From Macrostomum lignano (Eukaryota): a DNA stretch of 64,000 nt. A program made the translations under genes and the position numbers. The stretch is taken from contig NIVC01000527.1 of the NCBI GenBank assembly GCA_002269645.1, positions 124,001 to 188,000 on the forward strand, written 5' to 3'. Below, piece by piece: positions 40,304 to 51,620 of this stretch. Below the pieces are notes generated by a model. The model saw nothing but the letters and a program-made list of their open reading frames with translations. It was not told the origin of the DNA and ran no database searches. Position 1 is the first letter of the stretch; every line of letters starts with the position of its first letter.

Positions 40304-40317
40304 GTTTCCATGGCAAC
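40304..40317. promoter_or_regulatory. RFX X-box upstream of multi-propeller gene 3
   Basis: GTTTCCATGGCAAC is a full match to GTTNCCATGGNAAC and is homologous to the gene 2 site. Confidence 0.45.
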
Positions 40318-40330
40318 GAACAGTTTCAGC

Positions 40331-43300
40331 ATGAATTGCCAGGCTTTTGACGCCCTGCCGCAGCCCAGCAGCTTCGTTGAGCAGCTCCAACTGGCTGTGC
40401 AGAGGCGCCGGACTGCTGTGGCCGGGGAGATGGCCAGCCGAAGCCGGGCTCGAGACCGCCTGCGGGCCATCGTCAGTGTCGAGCCGCCAGCCTCGCTGCA
40501 GGAACTGCTGGATGCTGAGGCTGTCTTGGATGAGGCTCTCAGTGATGAGTCCAGCTGGGCAGTCAGCTGCTCTTGGGATGAGGCTGCGGCGGAGTCTGCG
40601 GCTAGCGAACTGCTCAGAGTGATGAAGAGACTTCTTGAAGCCTCAGGAGCCGAGTCAGCCACTGATTCGTCAAGTCAGTCTGTGTCAGCTACTGGTGCAT
40701 CAAAGAAGGCTGTGTCAGCTACTGGTGCATCAAAGCAGGCTGTGTCAGATACTGGTTCATCAAAGCAGGCTCTGACTGATTCGTCAAGTCAGGCTGAGTC
40801 AGCTACTGATTCGTCAAGTCAGGCTGAGTCAGCTACTGATTCGTCAAGTCAGGCTGAGTCAGCTACTGATTCGTCAAGTCAGGCTGAGTCAGCCACTGGT
40901 TCGTCAATTCAGGCTGTGTCAGCTACTGGTGCATCAAAACTGGCTGAGTCAGCTACTGGTGCATCAAAACAGGCTGTGTCAGCTACTGGTGCAGTAAAAC
41001 AGGCTGTGTCAGCTACTGGTGCATCAAAACTGGCTGAGTCAGCTACTGGTGCATCAAAACAGGCTGTGTCAGCTACTGGTGCAGTAAAACAGGCTGTGTC
41101 AGCTACTGGTGCAGTAAAACAGGCTGTGTCAGCTACTGGTGCAGTAAAACAGGCTGTGTCAGCTACTGGTGCATCAAAACAGGCCGTGTCTCTCGCCAGC
41201 CTGTCAGGCCAGCTCCTTGTCCTGGAGCAGCCATCAAATGTTATTCGGTTTTGCAATTCTTCTAGCCCAGCAATATGGATCCGGAACCCGATTGTGACGA
41301 GCCCTGAAGGGTCTGCGGTGGCTCTGCAGCCCCATCGCATTCGGGTCTGCAGCAAACGGAAGCTGGTGATTGTAGTTGACAAAAGTGCCGGAGTTGTGGC
41401 CGTCTATCGGCCTGACGGTCAGCTTGAGTTCAGCGTTGGGCCAAAGTTCAGCAGGAAACGGTAGATTTATTGCAATAATTTGTTTATCCAGAATTTATCC
41501 AGAAAACCTGGATGCTAGTGAATAACCACAAATTATTTTTATACAGAATCTTTCTTCACTCTTCAGTCATTAAGTGTACCTCTCCACTCCCTCAACAGTC
41601 CTTTAAAGTACCTCTCCACTCCCTCAAAAGTCCTTGAATGTGCCTCTCCACTCCCTCAAAAGTCCTTGAATGTGCCTCTCCACTCCCTCAAAAGTCCTTG
41701 AATGTGCCTCTCCACTCCCTCAACAGTCCTTGAATGTACCTCTCCACTCCCTCAACAGTCCTTGAATGTGCCTCTCCACTCCCTCAACAGTCCTTGAATG
41801 TACCTCTTTCCCCTTCCTTAAATCTTCCGCTCCACAATCTCCGTCACCGAGTCTCATTAATAACCAATGATATCTGGTGTCGCATATCCATTACCCAGGC
41901 TGCTGGAGCTGCCAAAGGACGCAGTGAGCACGGAGAGCCATCTGGCAATCTGCTGTCCGAGCAGCACCATCTTCGCGGTGTCCCTTGCCGATCCGGCAGT
42001 TCGAACGGCTGTCCCAAACAAAATAATCAATCTGACGCGTCCTGTGCAACTGGCGTGGCACTCAGAGCTACAAAAGCTGGTCGTTCTCGATGAAGTTTAC
42101 TTCCGTCAGTACACGGTGAACCTGTTCGCCCTTGTAAATGAACAGACATTTACTGTAGCGCTGAAGTCTCAGACGCAGTCCAGTGCTCCAGTGAAGTCCC
42201 TGGCCACTCCGTGCGTGCTGTGCAGCAGCAGCGGCACTCTGCTGTCTGTGCTGAGCTCTGAGGGACCGCAGATTGTCTGCATGAACGATTCTTGCACTTC
42301 AATGCTGAGAACAGTTCGTCTATCGGTCAAGAAACCGGTGACTGACATGTGCTGGAGTGACCAGACACTGCTTGTCTGCTCCGGTGGAGAAGTCTGTGCG
42401 ATGCACGAGGTTATTGATGATGCTGATGACAGGTGAGAAGACTTAATACTAATACTGTTTACGTCCCGAAGAAAGATTTTTTTGTAATAAATTTACAATT
42501 GCAGTAAAACGCAAGCAGATTTAGGCAAGGCTGGCTGCGGGACTCAGCAATCAACAGCAATGGCAAGCGCTCTGTCTGTACCTGTTTCGCATATCGAAGC
42601 AGCTCAGCCCGTTGCTGGGATCCACACGACCAATAGAACAATCATCCCAGCTTCCAACTCCCTATCTGAGTTTGTCGTGTCAGCGGCCTGCTTGTCAAAC
42701 CGGATTTTCGTTTCCAACCTGCAGTTCTCTCAGATCAGGATGCTCAGCGCCAATGGAGATGAGCTGGGGTGCCTCAACGGATCCCACCTGCCGCAGCATC
42801 CCAGCCGCATCCGAGTTTGCGACAAGCGCCAGCTGCTTATCATCCTGGATCAGGCGGGTCAAACTGTGACCGTCTGCCAGCCAGATGGCCAACTGCGCTT
42901 TCAAGTTGGACCGAGATTTAGCTGCAGGTTGGTTGTTTTATTGCGATTTAGTAGTCTGGTAGATTTGTTTTGTTTTAAATAAAGAATCTAGACTAGAAAC
43001 TAGTCTAGTGTGTCTAGATTCTTTAATTAGTTGTTCTCTTAAATTGCTAATCTTGCTACTTATTAGCTCACGGGGTAATAACTGAAATGCCAAGGCTAGA
43101 AGCTACATATAGTTTAATTGAAAAAAATTTGCTCCATTCTTTGTTGGCTCCTCAACGGGAGGGGGGCTGATTGCTAGTTTCCTAGCCATAAAATTGGCAC
43201 GGTTCGGCTCATTGGCTTTATGAATCTATTTTATCATTGTTAGCCACAGATTCTAAAATATCTAAGATAGGAATAACAGCTTTCTACTTTCAGTTCAGTA

Positions 43301-46300
43301 GCAAATAAGAACACAAAAGCTATTTTATAAGAATAAAGGCAGCCGAAATGACTTTGATAAGTTTATAAGCCAACAAGCTTGCAGGCGTAAACAACTTGCT
43401 AATTGGTTCAGCAATGATGTACATTAGCCAGTCCACTGAAATGTACATGGCAGCTATAGGCTGAAATTCCCAGAAAGGCCTTAAAAATTGGGGCGGGGGG
43501 GGTAGTGTGGAAAGGCGCGGTTGGCGGGTTTAAGCTGGGGGTCAGGGCCAATAAATGAGCCTTGGCTTTAAAAATACATTAACATGCTTCTGCTTAACTA
43601 ACTACTGAACTGAAAGTATCTTACACGCAAATGTGCTGAGTGGCCCATCTAGTTATTCTAGTATCTGTGTTCTTAGCTGACGGTGTAACAGTATGTGTAA
43701 CAGAGATGATAAAATTGATTGATAAAACTGAGTCAAGCTGTGGCATCCATTTTTATGATGTTTAGGTACATGGACTGTACGTGGATTATAAAACTATCAT
43801 AGAATCCTAATTTTCAAAACGAAAAGCTCTATGAATATCAATCAATCGAACTATAAGTAAGGCAAAATATGAAAAAAGGTGAACATTGGTTCTGTAATGT
43901 TTTCTTCGGTAAAACCTGTCCTAAAATGTTCCAAGAAACGTGGTTTCCCGTCCTTATACTGAATTATTCTGAAACTGTTTTTTTCTTCCCAGCTACAGCA
44001 TCGAAAACCTAGAAGACGCGGTCAGCACTGGCAGCCTGCTGGCCATCTGCTGCTCCGACAAGGGCATTCTGTTTGTGTCGCTCCAGCATCCCAGCGCTTG
44101 GAAGACTCTCGTTAATAATAGTGAAACATTAAACGGATTGATGCATCCGATTAGTCTGGCCTGGAGTAGCAAGCTGCAAAATCTGCTCGTTGTTGATCAG
44201 GTTGCCAGGCAACCAGATGGCTACAGATTCCACGCTTTCAAGGTGACGGCAAAGTCAATGGCTGCTTTGCTGACTCTGCAGGCTGCTCATCCGGATGAAC
44301 TTGTGTCACTGAGCAGACCTTGCGTTCTGGCCAGCGATGAAGGCATCCTCGTCTCCGTGCTCACCGATGAGGGGCCCAGGATTCTGTGTCTGAGCAGCGA
44401 CTGCTCAAGCATTGTTCGAATGGTCAGACTGAGCTTGGCTGGCGCTGTCGGTGACATGTGCTGGCTGCCGGACAACCAGCTGGGCGTCTGCTGCGATGGC
44501 GGCTTGTGCGCGCCCCGCACTGCTGGCGGCCTGCACCCTGAGAAGATGTTAGTAGCGACTAATTGTTGATCCAGAGTTACCTTCCCAGTTCGCTTTTCTC
44601 ACTCCCAATTTAAATCTATAGTAGGTCCGCCGCCCTCCCAGATGCTGGGCCGGCCTCCCAGATGCTGGGCCGGCCTCCAAGATCCTCAGTTGCTGGGCCA
44701 GCCTCCCAGATCCTCAGTTGCTGGGCCAGCCTCCCAGATCCTCAGTTGCTGGGCCAGCCTCCCAGATTTCAGTTGCTGGACCAGCCTCCCAGATCCTCAG
44801 TTGCTGTGCCAGCTTCCCAGATCCCTAGTTGCTGGGCCGGCCTCCAAGATCCTCAGTTGCTGTGCCAGCCTCCCAGATCCTCAGTTGCTGGGCCAGCCTC
44901 CCAGATTTCAGTTGCTGGACCAGCCTCCCAGATCCTCAGTTGCTGTGCCAGCCTCCCAGACCCTCAGTTGCTGGGCCAGCCTCCCAGATCCTCAGTTGCT
45001 GTGCCAACCTCCCAGATCCTCAGTTGCTGGGCCAGCCTCCCAGATCCTCAGTTGCTGTGCCAACCTCCCAGATCCTCAGTTGCTGTGCCAGCCTCCCAGA
45101 TCCTCAGTTGCTGTGCCAGCCTCCCAGATCCTCAGTTGCTGTGCCAGCCTCCCAGATCCTCAGTTGCTGGGCCAGCCTCCCAGAGTGTCAGTTTCTGGGC
45201 CAGCCTCCAAGATCCTCAGTTGCTGTGCCAGCCTCCAAGATCCTCAGTTGCTGTGCCACCCTCCCAGACCCTCAGTTGCTGGGCCAGCCTCCCAGATCCT
45301 CAGTTGCTGTGCCAACCTCCCAGATCCTCAGTTGCTGTGCCAGCCTCCCAGATCCTCAGTTGCTGTGCCAGCCTCCCAGATCATCAGTTGCTGGGCCAGC
45401 CTCCCAGATCCTCAGTTGCTGGGCCAGCCTCCCAGATCCTCAGTTGCTGGGCCAGCCTCCCAGATCATCAGTTGCTGGGCCAGCCTCCCAGATCCTCAGT
45501 TGCTGGGCCAGCCTCCCAGATCCTCAGTTGCTGGGCCAGCCTCCCAGATCAACAGTTGCTGGGCCAGCCTCCCAGATCCTCAGTCCCCAGTGGCTACACA
45601 CCGGCACACTAATCTGCTGTTAATAATGCAAGCGGCGCAGCAAACTGAATTGCAGTGAGGACACCGACGCAATCCACTCCGACAGTCCGTCTGCCGCCAT
45701 CGCTAGTCTGGTGCTGCTGACGCTCGCCACATCGGAGCTGGCCGTCTCTGCCGGCGGGCTGGCCGACCGCTGCTTCATCCTGGATCAGCCATCGGGAGCC
45801 ATTCGGGCGTATGACTCCAGGGGCAGCCAGATCGGCCGGCTCACTGTGACAGGCCCCGCCGATGAGGCTATTCGGAATCTGCGACCCCACCGAGTTCGAA
45901 TCTGCAAACAGCGTCGGGTGGTCATTGTGGACAGGATAAACTGCTCGGTGCTGGTCTGCGAGTCTGACGGCTCTCTGAGCTTCCGCGTTGGGCCGAACTT
46001 TGCCAATGACGGGTCAGACTTTGAGTAGAATATTTTACTGTTTGCTTGCTGCTCTAATCGCTGCGAGGCAAGGCAGGCGGGTTATTTTAGGCGTAGCTTA
46101 ATTTGAGAGCTCGTCTTGCAATAGTTAAGGGTGTAGTCAGAGCAAACCTTCTCGCCCACCGCCAACTTATTTGTGCGTATATTTCATTCTCGCACCCTAA
46201 ATCTCTAGGGTCACAGATTAGGACTATCAATTGACTTCTGAAAGCCCATTGGCCGACATAACAGTGCACAAAATCATAATAACATAATAGCAAACTTGAG

Positions 46301-49105
46301 CACAGAGGCTAGAGGTAATTTGGGGTGGGGTGGGTCGCCCAGCCAATCAGAACTGGGTACGCGACAAACTGGGGCAGACGGGATGGGGGAGTGGGAATTA
46401 CGGAGGGTTTAGAGGGCAATGTCCGGCCCATCTGGCCAGAGATTGGTCATTGGTGCGGGTGCACCCGAGCGCAAAACTAACTCCACTTCCACTGTCTGCC
46501 TCTTTACGCTCCTCTGTTCCTTCTCCCTGCCCACTTTATCTGGTTTTTTAATCCTTTGATCAACCACTTTAATTCCTATTTCAGTCAACCAATGACCGCT
46601 CCGGAAGACGCAGTCAGCACGGGCCTGTTACTCGCCATCTGCAGCCCAGAGTTCGGGCTCTACCTGGTGTCGCTATCCGAGCCGGACGCCTGGCGGACCA
46701 CCGTGCGGAAAGGCCGCTGCGGTCTTGTTTGTCCGGTGCGCCTGGGCTGGCTGGCCTCGCGCAAGTGGCTGGTGGTGGCCGACGAGACGCCGAACTCCAA
46801 CCAGTACAGGCTGCTGGAATTCGTCATCAAAATTGGCAACAAGTCTGGCGGCGAGCAGCTGGCACCGCAGGGCTCGCCATTCGCTGTGCAGTCGCTGAGC
46901 AGGCCGAGCCTGCTGTGCGGAGACGACTTTGTCGTGCTGGCCATCGCCGAGTCGGTCGCGTCGCGCCTGCTCCTGCTGACGGGCAGCGGACTCCGGCTTA
47001 TTAGCCAATTCCACGTCAGCGGAGAAGATCCCATTGCCGATCTGTTTTGGTTAAAGCAGCCGCGTCAGCTAGTTGGTTGCCATGGCAACAAGCTGCGTCT
47101 CTGGCCGACGATCTGTTACGACAGTTGCGGCAGCTTTGAGGGGCCCTCGGAGGCGACGCCGCCGTTACCAGACGCGCCCGCCTCCATCGCCTGCCTGTCA
47201 GACCGCTGCTTTATTCTAAACCTGCCGTCCGGAACTGTCCGAGTGTCCGAATTGTTAATTAATGCCGTATCGAACGGGGACAAGCTTGCGCTGACCAAAC
47301 CGACCGGTGCCCAATTTGACGCGAGGCCAACGCGCGTCCGAGTCTGCGCCGAGCGCAACCGCCTCATCCTGGTTGACCAGACGGCTAACATGGTTCACCT
47401 GTGCAGCTCCGAGGGTCGCCTGTTGTTTTCAGTTGGTCCGCAGTTCACTAGCAGGTGAGCGGTAACTGTGATTTAGTTAGCTGTGCTCATTCCACTGATT
47501 AATGTCAGGAGGCAGACAGGTTGAACTCGTAAGACGAAGCAGTCCAAGGCCCGTATATTTCAAGCAGCTGTGTATTCAAATTAGCGAATAATAATTACTA
47601 GCTATTAGCAAAAGCAAATTAAAACAAAAGGTACAGAGAACACAATCTCTTGTGTACCTTGGATGCGTACGCAGGCGCACACACTCACAGGGTGCACTGT
47701 GCACTCTGGCAAGATTTGTCTCATCGTCCTCAAAGAGGGTGCAGTTGGGAATCTCGGGCAGCGTTCTAGCATGCCTTTGCCCCGCCATGACAACGCAGCG
47801 CATTCGTTCGATGAGGCGTTTTGCCACCATGCAATACCGTCTCCAGAATGGTCCGCGCAGATGTTACTAATTGTAAAAGTGTAAACTTTCCCATAACACA
47901 AGGCTTCAAAATTTCGCCCTGTTCTGTCAATTGGCAATCAAATCGTCGGTGTAGGCGTTGTTATCGGCGTCGACACCATCCTACGCGTCGTATTGGACTG
48001 CGAGACGCTGCTTCAATGGAGTTGAGGATCCACTTTCGTTAGTTGAGTACGACAGCTGTGACTGTCCCTGCCGGTGCAGCAAAATACACAAATCAATGTC
48101 AGGCTCATCCTCGTCTTCTGATTTAGTGCTTCGTTTAACATCCTTCGAAAACTGACCCTAGGATGAGGATTGAAAAGCAGCGCCTTATTTAGGGTTGTCC
48201 CCAAACTGATCATAAAACTGATCAAAACGCTATATTGCCTGGGCCAATACTGAATAAGATTTGACACTGCAAAGGTTGTATCAAGGCACACCTGCTTACC
48301 TACTCTAGAGCCTATCATAGATAATAGAGTTACTTTAAAAACAAACAGTATATAAAACAGTCTATCACGCGATCGGAACTACTGTTTAGTTGATATGGAT
48401 TCTTGTGAAGATTCATGCACTACTACTGCTCAGTAGTCAGTCATTCACTAGTAAATGTGGGCTTTTGAAAAGGCGTGGTAGAATTCCGCTGTTTGCTTGC
48501 CCAGGTCGGCAATCAATTTCAGGTCAAATAATTATTCATATATTGCTTCAGTTTCGCAAGTGGACCCGGCCCTCTGCTTTTTCAGCTTGTCGCTGTCAAA
48601 GCCATCAGACGCCATCAGCACTGGCGAGCTGCTGGCGATCTGCTCGCCTGACAGGGGCCTCTTCCTGGTGTCCCTGGCGCAGCCCAGTCAGTGGAGAACC
48701 AGCCTCAAGAAGGAGAACCACAATCTGAGCCGGCCGGTCCGCCTGGCCTGGAGCGGCTCCCGCCAGCTGCTCATCGTGCTTGACGAAGTCTTCATCGACA
48801 GATTCTGCGTGAGCACCTTCGAGATCGTCACCATGCAGAGCGGCGCGTTTCTGTTTCGCCAGGCCACCCTGGGCGACCCCGTTCGCTCCCTGGCCGTCCC
48901 CAGCGTGCTGAGCAGCAGCGGCGGCTTCCTGCTGTCTGCGCTCACCGAGGAGGGGCCTCGGCTGCTGAGCGTGGCCGACGACTGCTCGGCTGTCAGCACC
49001 GTCGCCGACTGCCAGCTGCCTGCGGATGGCGGCGCCGTCACCGACATGAGCTGGGCGGGGCGGCAGCTCTGGCTGTGCTGCGGTGGCAAGTTGATTGCGG
49101 CCTAA
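40331..49105 (+). CDS. Multi-propeller gene 3: helical N-terminus, about 18 x 10-aa linker, four NHL-like propellers (7 exons)
   Basis: Exons are 40331 (or 40310)-41460, 41899-42432, 42505-42927, 43993-44547, 45656-46012 or 46024 (donor ambiguous), 46585-47454 and 48586-49105 (stop). All introns are phase 2. Confidence 0.78.
41575..41805. repeat. 32-bp minisatellite in gene 3 intron 1
   Basis: Unit CCTCTCCACTCCCTCAAAAGTCCTTGAATGTG. Confidence 0.92.
43270..43655. mobile_element. MITE family copy 1 (inner IR CTACTTTCAGTTCAGTAG)
   Basis: Homologous to 49201-49622 (opposite orientation) and 62250-62620. Confidence 0.75.
44635..45585 (+). repeat. 28-bp minisatellite family, array 4, in gene 3 intron 4
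   Basis: Same unit as the arrays in RMDN1 and AVL9. Confidence 0.95.
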
Positions 49106-49200
49106 GGCGCGTTCGGTTAGCTAAGCTCTGCTGCTCTAACATCCTTGGTTAACCAATCAATCAGAGCGTCCGTATTTGGTTTGTGACTCAGATACCAGAG

Positions 49201-49622
49201 TAACTAGATAAGCCACTTAGCACATTTGCGTGTAAGCTACTTTCAGTTCAGTAGTAAATTTAACAGAAGAATTTTATTGTATTTTTAAAGCCAAGGCTCA
49301 TTTATTGGGTCTTAACAAACCACCCTAGCTGAAAGCACCCAACCGCGTCTTTCCACACTGCCTCCGCCCCGCCCCGCTTCGCCCCGCCCCAAATTTTATT
49401 GCCTTTCTCAGAATTCCAGCCTAAAGCTGCCATGCACATTTCAGTAGACTGGCTAATGTACATTATTGCTAACCAAGCCTGCACGCTTGGGCTTCTAAAC
49501 TTACTAAGTCATTTCAGCTGCCTTTATTCTTATAAAATAGCTTATGTGTTCTTATTTGCTACTGAACTGAAAGTAGAAAGCTGTTTCCTAAGTATATACG
49601 CCTGAGTGGCCTATCTAGTTAT
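49201..49622. mobile_element. MITE family copy 2, with outer and inner inverted repeats
   Basis: Outer TIR TAACTAGATAAGCCACTTAG / CTGAGTGGCCTATCTAGTTA. Inner IR CTACTTTCAGTTCAGTAG / CTACTGAACTGAAAGTAG. Confidence 0.8.
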
Positions 49623-50719
49623 CTTATTATCTGTGGTTTGGGAGAATTAAATAGTGATACAAAAGATAATGAAACATTTAAAATATGTCTTGCAATCTGA
49701 GACTATGATTTCTGTTACTAGTATTAAAGCCTGATGTTTTCAATCACAGTAGTACTGTCTTACAGAATAAAGTGTAATATATGGGGAGAACTCTACTATA
49801 TTTAGCTATTTAATTTAGCTACTTTCTGTTCAGTAGTTTAAGCGTAAAAAGCAACATTTATTAAACTAGCTCCACTACTAGTAAATTTTGATCCTCTTTT
49901 TAAGCTTGGTCATAGAAAAAACTTTTTTCAGTCTCTTGCACTGGGAGATGCTTTCATAGTACACACAAAATGCTTCCTATTGACTGAAACTGGGATCGTA
50001 GCCTCCGCTTTTGATTGTTTGAGCATTTTCATTGGTTGGTAATTCAAGTCTGGATAGAAAATACCGTTTTACTTCAATGATGCAGCTAAAAGCGCAGAAG
50101 TGCAGTAAAAAAGGATCAATAAATATTTCCTACTAATGACTAGGGAGCACTGACATGCGTTTTGTAGTCTTCTTTCTTACTGCTTTTTCAATTTTGGACG
50201 CACTACCGTAATAGTTTGCAATTTTTTATTTTTAATTGCCAAATTATCTTAAAAATAATATAGATAATTTCTTTACTACCCTACTGCCAGTAGAAATGCA
50301 GGAGTAATAAACGCGCAATTCAATAAAACAAATATTTTTTTATATCTACAAGCTACATGTATTTAATATTGAGTCGTTCAATACCTCCCACTGCTTTAAG
50401 AAGTTTAATATTTATTTTTCAATTTATAGTAAAGTGCCTATGCGGACTATTAATATCGATTTCTTCTATTGAACTTTATCCTGTTATTTGTTTAGCGTTT
50501 TGGACAAGTAAAATTGCATTTTCTTAAGTTGGTGCTTTTCTAAAGTCTGTAAGCAATCTCGCAATTCGCGTTTGTTTGTTTGTGTTTTTGAGCTGCCTCC
50601 ATAAGATATTGATCAATAAATTCCGAAACGTCCTCGCGGTTTAAATATTGAATATTTATCATGTCAGTTAATTTTTGGGGTTTTGCTTTCGTTAATAATT
50701 ATTTATCTTTTACATAAAT

Positions 50720-51620
50720 ACATGCATCTATGCCCCATTCCCCACCCTATCTATGCCCCATTCCCCACCTTATCTATGCCCCATTCCCCACCTTATCTAT
50801 GCCCCATTCCCCACCTTATCTATGCCCCATTCCCCACCTTATCTATGCCCCATTCCCCACCTTATCTATGCCCCATTCCCCACCCTATCTATTCCCCATT
50901 CGCCACCCAATCTATGCCCCATTCCCCATCCCCACCCTATCTATGCCCCATTCGTCACCTTATCTATGCCCCATTCCCCACCCAATCTATGCCCCATTCC
51001 CCATCCCCACCCTATCTATGCCCCATTCCCCACCCTATCTATGCCCCATTCCCCATCCCCACCCTATCCATGCCCCATTCGTCACCTTATCTATGCCCCA
51101 TTCCCCACCTTATCTATGCCCCATTCCCCATCACCACCCTATCTATGCCCCATTCGTCACCTTATCTATGCCCCATTCCCCACCCAATCTATGCCCCATT
51201 CCCCATCCCCACCCTATCTATGCCCCATTCCCCACCCTATCTATGGCCCATTCGCCACCCAATCTATGCCCCATTCCCCACCCTATCTATGCCCCATCCC
51301 CCACCCTATCTATGCCCCATTCCCCACCGTATCTATGCCCCATTCCCCACCCTATCTGTGCCCCATTCCCCACCCTATCTATGCCCATTCCCCACCCTAT
51401 CTATGCCCTACCCCACCCTATCTATGCCCATTCCCCACCCTATCTATGCCTCATTCCCCACCCTATCTATGCCCATTCCCCACCCTATCTATGCCCCACC
51501 CCCACCCTATCTATGCCCCACCCCCACCCTATCTATGCCCCACCCCCACCCTATCTATGCCTCATTCCCCACCCTATCTATGCTCATTCCCCACCCTATC
51601 TATGGCCCATTCCCCAGGAT
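50720..51620. repeat. 23-bp C-rich minisatellite (CCCCATTCCCCACCTTATCTATG)
   Basis: Tandem repeats. They explain the ORFs at 50683-51657. Confidence 0.95.

Noticed and set aside
33849-40331. Idea that the three multi-propeller genes form one giant transcript
   Set aside because: Each ends in a terminal exon with an in-frame stop and no obvious donor, and each has its own start exon and upstream motif.
47576-48330. Cluster of short ORFs in the last intron of gene 3
   Set aside because: No recognisable domain or consistent splice pattern is present. It is probably an unclassified repeat relic.
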